64,000 nt of DNA, taken from Malacoraja senta (taxonomy: Eukaryota). The stretch is taken from positions 2,108,001 through 2,172,000 of the forward strand of contig CM075992.1 of NCBI GenBank assembly GCA_038087875.1, in the 5' to 3' direction. Of this stretch, positions 50,539-64,000 are shown one piece after another (positions within the stretch are counted from its first letter, which is position 1; every line of letters starts with the position of its first letter). The notes under the pieces were generated by a model. It saw only the letters and a list, made by a program, of their open reading frames with translations, did not search any database and was not told the origin of the DNA. Position numbers and translations under genes: made by a program.

Positions 50539-51176
50539 GTGAGTATTGAGGCTACAAACAAGTCTAATTGTATGTCTGGGTGCTCCCATCTAATTTGCCC
50601 CCAAATCTTTGGATAGTGCTTGATCCCTACCACTATTCTGAAAATAATTTGTATTGGTGATAAGAGAAAGAACCAGGTACAGGTACAATATTTAAAAGAT
50701 ATTTGCACTGGTACATGGATAGAAAAAAATTAGAGATGTGCCAAAAGAGACAATCTCAGATAGGCATCTTGGTCGGCATGGACGAGTTCAGCCAAAGAGC
50801 ATGTTTCCATGCTGTGTTACTCTGGCTTGTAAATTTATTTAAAAAGTCCTGTGTTAGGCCATCACATTCAGGAATGCTTCCTAATATTGCTGAGCTATGT
50901 GGTTTACAGTAATAGTCTGGTTTTCCTTTAATATTCCCTGTCTACCATGCATACCCCACTCCTTGCCCCCTCCAGATCCTGAATTGCTGGTTTGTGCCAG
51001 ATTCAAGGCTGGTTAGAATGGCTGCCCTTCTTGCATTAACAAGGAGCTGTTTAAATGTGGTATGGTTCTCCCCTCTGTGCAGACCACGTGGTCACTACAT
51101 CTCTGCTTTTGGTAGTGTGGATGTGAATGAGTATGAAGCAGTTCTGTTTTCACTATTGCGACGTTTAAAAAAATAG

Positions 51177-51473
<297 letters not shown>

Positions 51474-51636
51474 TAAGAGTTAAAACTAAGGGTTTTAAAT
51501 TACAGGAGATTGATATTAAAATTGTGCTCGATGCTCATTAACGTGAGCTTTTTTTTAAACAAGTATCTTAGCTGTTGCCTTGTTGTTCAGTTTTGGGGAA
51601 TATTGTACTTTGAACATGAACTTTGCTTTTCATTAG

Positions 51637-51732
51637 GTGCTGAGATGCAGCCATATGTGTCGCTAGTCCTGAATAACTTGGTGGAGATCATCAACAGACC
51701 AAACACTCCCAAGACTCTGCTTGAAAACACTG
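51637..51732 (+). CDS. TNPO2: TNPO2 coding exon 18
   Basis: AEMQPYV...[10 protein letters not shown]. Confidence 0.95.
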
Positions 51733-51929
51733 GTAAGAAACTGAAGCTGCTGAGTACCAGCTGAGAGCTCGGGGTTAAAATGATCATGCATTTTCAAAAC
51801 TTGTATTTATCTGTCTGAATTTTCCTGTGCAAGTACAAAAGACCAACAGAGAACAGATATATTGGCCCCCATCCTGATCTGCCCTTCCCTCTCTGACAGA
51901 ACGATGGAGTGCTACTAACACCTGGGAAT

Positions 51930-52002
51930 ACTGCAGTGATGATGAGAATATGCAGACATTTGAATCCTGAATTAAATGTTGAGCTTTTCTATTCTGAGCA
52001 TA
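51930..52002 (+). ncRNA. Box C/D snoRNA, copy 2
   Basis: C GTGATGA 51936, guide GCAGACATTTGAAT, D' 51967, D 51994; D box 73 nt upstream of the 3' splice site. Confidence 0.8.
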
Positions 52003-52070
52003 ATAACTGAGGGCACTACTCCAACTGATTGTGTTGATGTTTGTTGAGATTTCTCGTTCCTCCTCCACAG

Positions 52071-52146
52071 CTATTACCATCGGTCGCTTGGGTTACGTGT
52101 GCCCTCAGGAGGTAGCGCCCATGCTGCAGCAGTTCATCAGGCCGTG
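52071..52146 (+). CDS. TNPO2: TNPO2 coding exon 19
   Basis: [26 protein letters not shown]. Confidence 0.95.
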
Positions 52147-52196
52147 GTGAGTGTTTCATAAGTAATCCTTGAACATAACCCCACTCAACCAAGAGC

Positions 52197-52622
52197 AGGC
52201 TCGGAGAATCGTTTCGCTGAGCACCTCCGCTTAGTCCGCCTTAACCTAACCGATCTCAAGGTTGCTCAGCACTTTAACTCCCCCTCCCATTCCCAATCTG
52301 ACCTTTCTGTCCTGGGCCTCCTTCATTGTCAGTGAGGCCCAGTACAAATTGAAGGAACAGCATCTCATATTTCGCTTGGCTAGCTTACACCCCAGTGGTA
52401 TGAAGATTGACTTCTCTAACTTCAAATAACCCTTGCTTTCTCCCTCTCTCCATCCCCTCCCCCTTCCCAGTTCTCCCACCAGTCTTGCTGTCTCCATTCT
52501 ATCTCTGTCCCGCCCACTCCCCTGACATCAGTCTGAAGAAGGGTCTCGACCCGAAACATCACCCATTCCTACTCTCCAGAGATGCTGCCTGTCCCGCTGA
52601 GTTACTCCAGCATTTTGTCTAC
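52197..52622 (+). mobile_element. Penelope-like element 3' end: GIY-YIG C-terminus, pyrimidine tract, hammerhead-bearing terminal repeat
   Basis: RFAEHL...VAQHFNSPSH...EQHLIFRL..L.P.GM.IDFSNFK*; hammerhead core at 52531-52562. Confidence 0.8.
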
Positions 52623-52795
52623 CCCAATCTTCACCTTCTCTCTCTTCCCCCACCTTTGCTACATTCCCAAAGTGGCCACTGGTCTAGTGCCAATAATGTC
52701 TTTGCTCCAGGAGGTCGTGTGGTGTGGAAGCTGCACCCGGGCAGTGGTGGGTGAGGTTCTCAAAAAGCCTACGGTCCATGTGATGCTACTTTTAA

Positions 52796-52957
<162 letters not shown>

Positions 52958-53341
52958 TGAATCCCACTAACAAGGCTATCCCTAGTTGGTATTGAGTGAA
53001 CTGATAATCTGTTAGCCTTCACCCCAAATCACCGAGTTAAAGATGACTTCTTTTCATGATGCTTGTATAATTCAGTAGTTGTCTGTATGGATGGGATACT
53101 GGTGAAAGCAAGCATTAGCAACTGCACTGTGGGGGTGGGGGGGGGGTGGGGGGTGGATGTTGTGGTGGATGTTGTGGTGGACCTACAGATTCAGAATTCC
53201 TTGGGCATTTTTGGGTGAGTGCAGAATGATGGTTCATTTTCTGCATTTCCTGCTCCACTGGTTTCAAGCAAGGTGTATGCATGGGTGAACCATGCAGGTT
53301 CTGTGTGTGCAAATGAAAACTGAACAATTTGTTCCTTCTAG

Positions 53342-53416
53342 GACTTCATCTTCTTCTGCGATGCTGTTGCGTCATGGGTGAACCCAAAGGACGACCTGCG
53401 TGAGATGTTTTACAAG
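53342..53416 (+). CDS. TNPO2: TNPO2 coding exon 21
   Basis: [25 protein letters not shown]. Confidence 0.95.
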
Positions 53417-53595
53417 GTAGGTGACTGTTCTGTGGACTCTAACTCTACCCTGAGATGGCCATTTCACTCACTCCCCTGGCTGCATACTGGATTCTTTGAC
53501 ATTTGTAGCTTGCATAATTAAATTGATGGTAGCTATTCCTATGTTGAGAGTGGTATTTCACAAGAGCGATGGCGTGCTGCTAACACCTAGGAATA

Positions 53596-53666
53596 CTGCT
53601 GTGATGATTAGAATACGCAGACATTTGAATCCTGAATTAAATGTTGAACTTTTCTATTCTGAGCAT
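53596..53666 (+). ncRNA. Box C/D snoRNA, copy 3
   Basis: C GTGATGA 53601, same guide, D' 53632, D 53659. Confidence 0.72.
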
Positions 53667-53749
53667 ATTAACTGAGGGTGATATTCCAACTGATTGTGTT
53701 GGTTTGTTGACATTTTCTGTTGCTCCTCAGCAGCTATAACCTATAAATA

Positions 53750-54170
53750 TTGTGAGAGGGTCCAGAGGAGGTATACAAGAATGATCCCAGGGGTGATTGG
53801 GTTAACATTTGATGGTACTCAGCCTGTATTCGCTGGAGTTTAGGATGACCTCATTGAAATTTACCTAATGGTGGAACCTCTGGATAGAGTGGATGTGGTG
53901 GATGTTTCCACTAGTGGGAGAGTCTAGGACTTGAGGCCATGGCCTCAGAATAATAAGAGGGTGGTGAATTTGGAATTCATTTCCATAGAAGGCTGTGAAG
54001 GCCAATTGATATTTTTACAGTGGAGATTGATAGATTCTTGATTAATACGGGTGTCAGGGCTTATGGGGAGAAGGCAGGAGAATGGAATTGAGAGGGAAGG
54101 ATAGATCAGCCGTGATTGAATGGCGGAGTAAATTTGATGGGCCGAATGGCTTAATTCTGCTCCTGCAACT
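53750..54170 (+). mobile_element. CR1-type LINE 3' fragment (degraded)
   Basis: Similar to 1020-1432. Confidence 0.7.
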
Positions 54171-54951
54171 TATTTGCCCCACACCATCCAGATAGAGTGA
54201 TAAACAACCCTTTTGTCATTTAAGTTGGGTATGGTTAAAATATCTCTGCATGTTATATCTGTTGACTGAGTGACTTGAATTAGTGGCACATCAGCTGGAT
54301 GTTGTTGGGGGCTCTTTGACCATCTTGTATCTCAAACAGTCAATCTTTGTGCATGTGTACAGCTCTGACATTTCACAACATTGTCTGTATCATCAGAATA
54401 CTTGCCCCACATCCAGTATGGAGTGAACCAAACTGTTCCTCTTCAATATTGGGATGTTCAGGAGCCATTGATGTCTGCAACACATTTTACTGCTTAGCCA
54501 CTTGATATGCCTGTTCAAAGCCTGTGTGATGTGGAGTTAAGCTTCCAACTGTATTCTTCAATGTGTTGGCTCATAGTGCACATGCTCCAATCAGCTTTTT
54601 TTTGGTTGCTGAAGCCCTTGTACTGAAAGCCCTAATCTTATTCTATACTTACACATTCAATTTCTATCTAGGTTCAGTTTTCTCCTCCAAACCATTCCAC
54701 TCTACCTATTCTGATGTGCTTAATACGCACTGCTTGATTATGTGTTTGGGTTGATACTTTTGGGCAGTGCCTTGACTTGTTCTATGGTGTTAAGTATATG
54801 TGCTTTAGGACCCCCACAGCCAAGTCCATTCATTATGACCAGGTGCAGGATCTAGAACTCTGGGGGCTCAAGTGACATACCATGTGCCTCATTATCCTCT
54901 GCCTTATGCCCCACTAAAGTAAATGTTTGGTCCATGACGGTTCTATCGAAA

Positions 54952-55654
54952 GTGGCACAGGGTCGCCTGGGTAGAGTTGTTGCCTTACAGCACCAGAGCC
55001 CCAGGTTCGATCCTGCCTAGAAATGCTGTCTGTACGTTCTCCCCGTGTCCTGCATGGTTTTCTCCGGGATCTCCACAATTTCCTCCCACACTCCAGGGAC
55101 GTACAGGTTTGTAGGCTAATTGGCTTGGTAAAATTGTAAATTGTCCCTAATGTATGTAGGATAGTATTCATTCATTCATCGTTGAAAACATTAGCGACGC
55201 AGTGGTGCTGGTTTCTGATGGGAATGGTGACGGACGCACCACACATCTCTGTCCTCCAGTTCCTGCGGACTTCCGCTGCTGGAAGTATAGGATTTTGATG
55301 TGTGTGTGTGCGTGCTTTATCATCATTCCTTACAACGCTATGTACAACAATAATCGCAACTTCTACTGAAGTGTGGATGGCCGTTGGCTCGCTAGAAGCT
55401 CATCCGCCCTTTGACAGGTCTTGTTTTTGGTCCTGCTGGGGGTCCACAGCCCCCCCCCCCCCTCACCTGGCAAACCAGGTGGGGGAGACGGTTTAGTCGC
55501 TGACTATCCGACCATGGAGCAGGTAGCACGGGATTACATGCTACCCGTGGCAGGGGGGGGGGGGCCTGACCGTAAGTATTAGTGTGCAGGGATCACTGGT
55601 TGGCGTGCCCCCAGTGGGCCTGTTTCTGGTGCTATGTCTCTAAACTAAACTAAA
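54952..55654 (+). mobile_element. tRNA-derived SINE with nested unclassified insertion (about 55167-55575)
   Basis: SINE head with B box, tail ctaaactaaactaaa; gtatt flanks the insert. Confidence 0.6.
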
Positions 55655-55726
55655 GAGCTCAGACAAGAAGATAATCTTTGTTTAATTCTAGGTAGTTTCA
55701 ATCTTTATCATTGTATTTGTCTCTAA

Positions 55727-55837
<111 letters not shown>

Positions 55838-56511
55838 CTGAAGTTAAGGGACATAATGTCAGGTAGGTATTCTGTGACAGAGACCAGTGGGGTACAAGGA
55901 TAGCATCTAGTGAAGTGGCAAGATCTGGTGTTTCTCCAGGTTGTATCTCATTGATCGGGCTTGCCCTGTATCTGAGGTTTGGAGTTGATGACTGCTGTCC
56001 ACCTCCTCTTCACTGGCTTTGGAATGGAAAGCTATCCTCTTGGGAGAAGTATCTGGAATAGAATGACATTTGGGATTGAAAGAATGCTGGCAATACTCGA
56101 GATCAGGGCACATCTGTGAGAAGACAAATGGCTAACATTTCCAATTGAATGGTCTTGGAGCTGCAGCATTAAAACATAATTCTTTCTCTTCCCACAAATG
56201 TGGCCTGAACTGTGTGGTGTCAGCATTTTTGGTTTTATTTGGGGTTTGCAGTGTTATTTTGATTCTCAGCGGTTTGGGTTGGCGGCAGAAAGCAATCTTG
56301 GTGCCTGATGCAAGACTGGTCATTTCCTTTGGCTTGAATTCCAGGCTTTAAGATATCTTCTGTGGGTGGAGGGAAGGGGGGGTGGGGGGTGGGTGGTGGT
56401 TTAATACAAGCTATTCAATTATTTTAATGTTTAAAGCAATTTATTTTTATTTACTTCTGTAATACTCTGGATAAACACTAAAGTCTCTTTTTTCCCCCCT
56501 TCTTTTGGCAG

Positions 56512-59500
56512 GTTTCTGTTGCTGGGAGGGCTACTGGGAAATCATCCACATCTAGGAGTTGTACTGCCCTGTCAATGGGGGGTTAGGGTGGAGTTGGTGG
56601 GACAAAAAAAAAACACCCCCTTTCTCCGGAAATATCGGGGGGGAAACCGCCTCTAAACCAGAGCAAACGGGATCAATTAGGCTGAAAGATCTTGCACGCC
56701 TTTCTCTGAAGTGGCAATTGCCACTACACGCGGAATAATCCAAAGATCCTGAGGGTCAAATCTCTCGGACAATTCGGGAGGGGGCAAAACGTGTGGGGGG
56801 AATTTAGGGGAAAAAATTTAAAAATATAGGCAAGCTTAGTGAAGAATTCCAAAAGATTAATAAAATTGGCTAGGTTTAAACAGCCTTGACCATCTAAATT
56901 TGGGTAACACCAAGTCTGATGCTTGTGCCGTGGTTTAAGAGTAGAAGTTTTTAAAAGTCAAAACTTTTTTTTTTAAAACACATTAAAGCTAGAAAGCATA
57001 CTGAGCTTTGTACTGTTGCATAGATACCCCAGCAGTCATCTAAAAAGAGTCACTGTTTCAAGCTAGACTGCATGGTGGCGAACTGTAATAGTCTAGCGAT
57101 CTCTGAATAGAATGTAATGAACCATAACGTATGTGTGTAGATCAAGGCTTCACTGTCATTTCCGATGGTTTGTAACGGATCGGTCCAATGCGGAGTGGCG
57201 CTCGGCTTTCTGCTCCCCTCGTGCCTGGGAGTGGACAGGAGATATCGTCGGGGCAGGAGGGTGTGGGGTGGGAGTGCTGGGATGAAAGCCTGTACCTTTG
57301 ATCCTGTAATGAAGCATGTCTGTACTGTCGGGCTCTGGCAATGCCCTGTTAAACGATGAACTGTTCGAGTTTGTTCCTAATTATTTTTTGTGATAATGTG
57401 CTGCTGCGCTCTTTTTAAAAAAAAGTGTAAATTGAAATGGCAAGTGTTTAAAAAAAAAAGCTTTTTTAAAAAAAACACCCCTTGCTAGGACCTGTGACTT
57501 TTTTAATTGTTCTATAGATGATTCCATGTTCCTGAACTGCAGTTTGACACAGGTGTGCTATTGGTGAGAGGTAGGAGATATTTGCTCTGTGCTGAATGGA
57601 TTAAGGATTAACTGATGGAGCTACTGTATTGGTAGATGATGGCGGGGGAATACGACTAGTGTTTAAGTAGCCACAAACAGGCAAAAATTTAATTAAGTTG
57701 TATTCTAGATGGGTTCATGGTTATTATGGCAACCCATTTGGTCAGTGTATTGGCTGAGATGTTGTACTTGCAGAGTAGGGTCCTTCCAATGAGGACTTTG
57801 GGCAATATGTTTCCAATTTAGGAAAATAATGGGCGCAACAATAGTTTCACGCTAGTTTCCATTTTTGCTTTTCAAACCTCCTATCATCAGAATCATTCTG
57901 AATTTGATCACTGTATCCTCTGCTATAGATGATAACACTAGATCTGACCAAGCATTGGAGAACTGAGTCCTGTGGCAATACAGTCCAGTAGGCAACTCAT
58001 GAAACGGCCTCAGTCCAAATCCTGCAAACGATAAAAATAAATTTAAATGGCCCGTTTCTTCCCTCTAGTCATGAGTGATGTTCAGCTCCATAAACCACGT
58101 GGGCTCTCAATGTTTGCCTGCTAGTTGTGAGCATTGTGCCTCTCATCTGTCTGCTAGTTGTGAGCATTGTGCCTCTCATCTGTCAAACCACGAACCCAGC
58201 CTGCCATGGACTGATCAGAAGCGCACACGTGTCACTGGTTTTGTGTGGACCAGGTAGAGATTTCCAACACCACACCCCCCCTCCCCCCCCCAAGAAATAA
58301 TGTGCTGTATAACTGGCTTACAATGAAACGTACAAGTTCCCACCTGCTTGCTGAGCCATTAGTTTATTAAGAACCACTCACTGGATCTTTTGCTACATTG
58401 ACCAGTGTAAACTATTATTACAGTGCCCATTATTCTTGTCCCGGGAAAGTAGTGGTGTCTTTAGTTCAAATCCTGTAACCATTCCTGTTTTCTCTTAGCA
58501 GGTTTGTCCCTTGCTTGTGGGAAATTTTTTGTAAAATTATTTTCAACAGTTAAGTGAAGTTCTAGGGGCACAAGGATTAAATCGATGGTCACATTTTGCC
58601 CAGGTTCTAGGTCTCTCCTACATTAGAGTGAGGCAAGATGCTCTGGGCCTCATTCCTCTGGTCTTTGTGTCTCTAAAAAGCTTACGGTGAACATTTTGTC
58701 TCTGAATTGTTGTGATTCGTGTCCTATTTAATGTGATAAGGATATTAGTCTGCAGGTGAGAAATTTAGTTTTGCTAATAAATGAGGAGAGTCTGGCTCCA
58801 AGTGCCCCTGGGAGCAGAGCATGTATAGGCTCTGGTCACTGGTGCATTTCCCCAGCTGCGTGAGGCCAGGCGATAGATTGTTAAACCCTTAATGTCTAAC
58901 AGGACTTGGTGTTGGCAGGTATTCTATTTGCTTGCTGTTGGCAAGTGGTAATTGAGCAGGAATTTGGACCAGTCCTGACTATTAGTTTTATTTCCATGTC
59001 CATATGACCCCCCCTCAGCCTCCCAAAATGGGATGGTTCTCAATTATTTTCATTGATTTCTGGGGTATTGTGGTATTGGGCAGAGTGCTATCTGGCTGCT
59101 GTCACGGACCCTGGTGTGGTCTAATAGTATCTACCATTGCCACTGGACTGGAGGTCCACAGACCTGTCAGGAATGTACTGATCTTGCTCATTTTGGACAG
59201 TGCTTGTGTGTGGAACTCTAGTGGGACAAAAGAGAAGGTGGAACAAAGAGCCCAGCTCTCCTCTATGAAGCAAATCCAAATCTTTACCAGCAACCACCAA
59301 GACCAGGGCTGTGTTATATTTTGTGAAGCTTGCAAAGGGCCCTGATGTAAACTGTGCTTGGAGTACCTGCCAATAGATTGTGTGTTAGTTGTGAGTCTGT
59401 GTTTTAATTTATTAATGTTTGTGTTCAGCTGTGGCTCTCTACAATAGCAGTAAGGAGGTGAGAGTGAGTTTGGAGGGTGAGTGAATCTGTTGGAGGGATT

Positions 59501-61315
59501 GTGGTGCTCCTGTGCCATGACATGGAGAAGCAAACAGTTGTCTTTATCTGGCTGTACCTCAAACTGTCTGAGCACTTGCAGACTGAATGTTGCATGCTCA
59601 ATGTGGTGCATATGTTTCTAATCCTTAAATGTTATTCATAGAAGTAAACAGCAGTGTTTCTTTGTCATGCTGATGTAATCACGATGTAGCCTGAGTATGT
59701 TGTTTGAACCAAAATGGGAAGGTGGTGTTTTGGAGGGATGGGGAAGGGAGGAAAATGATAATTGGGAATGTTAGTGACAGCATTGAACAGATATTGAGCT
59801 GCTTTGTTTTAACTGGGTGGTAAGAGGTTTTGGCATTTTTGCCTCTTCACTCACTGCCATTTTCACGAGCGAAGTCACACCCGAAAAGTCAAAGGCCTGA
59901 AAGGTATTCTTCCGTTGTTGGATGGCGATGCCGTGAGCAATTGGAATTAAGGCAGTCTGATTTCCCCTCAGTGATCTGCAGGGCAGTCATTTTCCCTGGG
60001 GAGGGAGGGGATGCAAAGTGGGAACTCGCCTGGAAACAACGAGCATTTTTACAGGGGTGTCTTGAGATGGGTAACTAAATCGTATTATACATTATGAATA
60101 AAAGGGAATGGGGGGGGTGGAATTCCAGGTCCCCTCTCCTCTGTTGGCTGAGAGTTGAGCAGCATTTACTGTGGTCATCTCCCTGGCTATGCCAGATGCT
60201 GGTCTGACTGTCACTGACACCAGGCAGATTTGAAGACTGAATTGGAATTTTGCTGCTCCACAGTTGCACTGATGCTGGGCACAGATGCCGGTGTTCTGAA
60301 TGCGGACGGTGCATCCATGCACAGAGCTTCAGTGGGCAGATGGTTGGCATTTTCTCTAGCCACCCAATTGGGGTGGATCTTTGGGCCTGTGGGTTGTCCA
60401 GTGGTGTGGATCAGTAGTAAGGAGCTGGGTTATGCCAGTTGCATACTGTATTGTATTAACAATATCACTGACACTAATCTCAATGGTCTGTAAAAGGATG
60501 GTATAGCTTGATTCTGATGTCAAAAATATATTGGTTACCAGTTTGCACAAGTGAAAAGTGACTATTTTAACAGCCCTGCGTGGGATTGAGTTTGCAGAAT
60601 GGATTGAGGGTAAAAACACTGTCTAAGCTGTAAACGTTGGTTCAGGCAAGGAGTATCTGAGAAAAGGCATGTCTCCCCGCTGCGTCTTGCTGTGCCTAGT
60701 TGCCTGCTCTTCCCCGCACATGTCCGCATTCAAATAGAAATTCTCAGTGCCTGCTCACACATTGCTACTGTTGTGATGACGCATTTTCCTGCGAAAAGCC
60801 AAGCAGGAGACTATTTTGAAAACGACATTCACTAAAGCTATGCAGTCTCTGATCCTGAGATGTGGGAACTGGGTACATTATAAAGCAGGAAGGCAGTCTG
60901 TGTTTGATGGCAAGGCTGTCCAGTGAGTGAAGAGCCAGGCTATGTTTGGCCTGTTTGAAATAGACGCTCTGGTCAGCATGCAGGCAACCTTTCCTAGGTA
61001 TGCTATTCCATTGATGAAGGGTGCTGGGAGGAGATAAATGCTTTGGAGATGTTTCTCAGATGCTCTTATTGCTGGACTTGTGACTAAAACTGACCCCATC
61101 CCTGAACTCCTGTACAAGTGTTATGCCGTTGTCCCCTTTTAACTTTGAGTTGTATATTTGTAAATGTGCGGTGTGTTTCCTGTGAATTGATCAGTATAAT
61201 GCCGGCCGTTTGCACCTTTGCTCAACTGAGATTTTTTTCTCATTTTTATATAAATTTGTTTTTTATTTTATTTTTTCCTTTATTGACTAAAATTGGTTTC
61301 TTGTGACTCTAGTTT
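56512..61315 (+). other. TNPO2: TNPO2 terminal non-coding exon (long 3'UTR), end approximate
   Basis: Strong acceptor at 56511; TE-poor; U-rich end with variant ACTAAA at 61286 followed by a GT/T-rich tract. Confidence 0.55.
58118..58183 (+). repeat. 33-bp perfect tandem duplication
   Basis: ctgctagttgtgagcattgtgcctctcatctgt x2. Confidence 0.9.
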
Positions 61316-64000
61316 GTGTAGTCCTGTTCTTTTTTTTCCTACTATAAAAATGGATTTTGATATAACTGGGGGTCCCATCTTTGAGCTCAGCTTCAGCTGC
61401 ATTGACCTCCACGCAGTGAGGGAAGCTCTTTCAGAATTAAGCGCTATCTTTAGCTGTCTACGGAAGATTTGGAAGGTATAGCATTGAAAAGAACAACAAA
61501 TGCAGCAAAGATTAAAGGTTGCCTAGGTTAGAATAATTTTACAAATCTAGTAAAGGATGACAAAATATGAATAGATGGTAAAGCAGCAAATAATACGTTA
61601 AAAAATAATCTTTACTGGCATATGAATATAAAGAGAATAGCTAAAGTAAATACTAGATTCTTAAAGAATGGGACTGGAAAATTAATTTTAAGTTGCTCTT
61701 CAGTAGAAAGCACTAATAAAAACACCGTGATGGTAAAAGATGATCAAGGGACAAGGAGGAGCATTTTAAAACAATCTCTTAACACTAGAGAGAGGCACTA
61801 GGCAGACAGCTGGAGCTAAAGTCTGGCAAGTACATTTGACCTGATCCTGGCTGATAAAGTGACTGCAGATATCATGAATGCATTGTAATTTACAAAAATG
61901 CCCTGCGCTGTGGAGATGTCCCAAAGGATTGGAAAACTGGAACTACCGCCACTTCAAAAAACAAACCTAATCTGCCACTAAGAAAAACTGGAATCCATTA
62001 TTGAGGTAATCCCAGAACAATTAGAAGGTAGGTAAATAAAGCAGAATCAACATGGTTGATGAAAGGGAAATAGAATTTGACACATCTGGTTTGGTTTAAG
62101 GATGTAATGTGAGCATTGGTTAAAGCTGAACCAGTAGATAACTTACCACACGAAAGGTCACCTCAATGATAACATGGGATTGGGGTGATGTTGATGCAGA
62201 TAGCTGATTTTCTAACTCAATACCGTTGGAACAAATGGAGACTCGGAACTCCAGATGCTGGAATATGGAGCAACAAACTCAGCGAGTTGAACATCGTCTT
62301 GTCAACATTTTGAGTGGAAACCCTGCACTGGGACCCTGAGTGGAAAGGGGCCAGAATAAAGGGGGGGAGTGATGATCTAATGTCCCTTTGGGATAACCTG
62401 CGGATGGAACCAGGTAGGGATGGGAATGGATGATAGATGGAGGCAGGCAAATAAAGGCAGGTGGAGACCGAACTTTTTGAATGATGGAACAAGCTACTTC
62501 TGTTTTTGTTCTTATTAATCCATGTACATTTTATTTGCAAGTTTGTTGCATCTTCCATAGGGATTTGAGTTGGGACTTGTGTCGGGGCATTTGGAATAAT
62601 TGGTAGAAAAAATATTTTAAGGATGAGGGAAGTGATATATGGTGGTGTACTGTGCAATCTTGTTGTGCAAATATCAATCGGTAGTCACAACAAGCGATCA
62701 TGAAAACAAGTATGCCAACCTTCATTGCACAGAAGTTTACATGGCAAGATAAAGGAAGACTTGAGATGGTACAAGGCTTTGGGATAACACTTGGAATTGG
62801 TCTGTGTATTTGAGGATGCCTTGCATTGTAGGTACAGTATATTCCCGTGACAAGGGTAATGATCTACAAGTGCATTATTAGCTACATGGGAGTTCAGAAG
62901 AGATTGAGATGTAAAGATTCTGGGAGGAATTGCTTGGATGCTTGCTGAGACTAATATCAAGCTAGAGACATCTTTAGGTGGCACAATCTTTATAATGAAT
63001 GGTTGGTTGTTTAGATGAAGTTTCTTTATACGACTTTTTTATTTTGGACACTCCCTCCCTCCCACCCCACTCTGGGGACTGTGGGTGCTCCGTCACTGAG
63101 TATATTCAAGTCTGCCGGATCTGATATCGGACTGAAGAAATTGGATGAGATGGTGATCAGAATGGGAGGGTAAGTGGTGAGGCAGTTTCATTCCCTAATC
63201 GAGAACCATTAAAGTAAATTGTTTCTCTGACGCCTTCACATCCTAAAGTGTGTGTTCAGGATTGGGTAGTTGCCGCATAATTTGTGTTTTTTTAAAGCCC
63301 AAAATTTCCTTCATACCCATTATATATCCCAAAATCCAATATGTTTAAATCATTCCAAGTATATCCTGTCAACAATAGACATATACACTCAGTCTTTTAT
63401 TTGTTCTTTATTATCTCAGTTTGTTCTTGTCAAAATGTTTTGCATTGCAGCTCAGCATTGATTAAAAGCATTGCAGACATGATTAGACTTTGGTGCTCTC
63501 ACTAAGTAATATAACTTACAGAACAGGTAAGGTTTGTTTAAAGATCTCATCCAATAGATGACGTTGGGGGAATTCTATAATTGGCCCCAGGAGCGATTCA
63601 GCCCTTGGTGCTTTTCACTAAGGGGTAACTGACATCTTCAGCCATGCTCGACAAAAATGCTAGAGAAACTCAGCGAGTGAGGCAGCATCTATGGAGAGAA
63701 GGAATAGGTGACGTTTCAGGTCGAGACCCTTCTTCGGACCATGCTGGTACTCCTATCTGAAATCTATTAGAGTGATTTGATCTCTACTTTGCCCGGGAAA
63801 TGGGGTATGGGTATGCTAAATACGGACCACAGCTGCTTGGAACAGCTGGATATGCTAATTCCTGAAGTCTCAAAAGTGCAGCAGGCCTGGGCTTCTAGAT
63901 CTTGGTCAGTCTTGACACTCAGTTGTACAGATCTTGGATTCTGGTAAGGAGTCGAAGGTTTAATTTGATTGTGCAATAGTTGGATCATATTTTACACATT

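Noticed and set aside
51733-51764. 10-aa extension like the mammalian long TNPO2 isoform
   Set aside because: Reads [10 protein letters not shown] then stop, with no GT donor 30 nt downstream

Overview
Vertebrate genomic DNA, most likely a cartilaginous fish (skate/ray), judged from HE1-like tRNA SINEs, CR1 LINE ends and the divergence of the genes. Two + strand genes. (1) A 14-coding-exon type I cytokine receptor (7338-27207, about 701 aa by my manual splicing) with IL27RA/WSX-1 hallmarks: no Ig domain, one Cys pair in D1, WSDWS, three FNIII domains, TM, box1 and a single cytoplasmic Tyr in SGYEKHF. (2) TNPO2/transportin-2: CpG promoter near 28.8 kb, 22 coding exons 33961-55837, a 3'UTR intron and a 3'UTR to about 61.3 kb. 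TNPO2 has a U12-type intron, a GC-AG intron, a cluster of probable assembly indels and three copies of one intronic C/D snoRNA with an 18S rRNA guide. Introns and flanks are TE-rich, including a near-intact Passport-like Tc1 transposon. They also hold Penelope-like (PLE) RT and GIY-YIG fragments and an abundant short PLE-terminus-derived repeat carrying a minimal hammerhead ribozyme motif, often inserted as hairpins. All coordinates were read by eye, and homology calls rest on recalled sequences, not searches.
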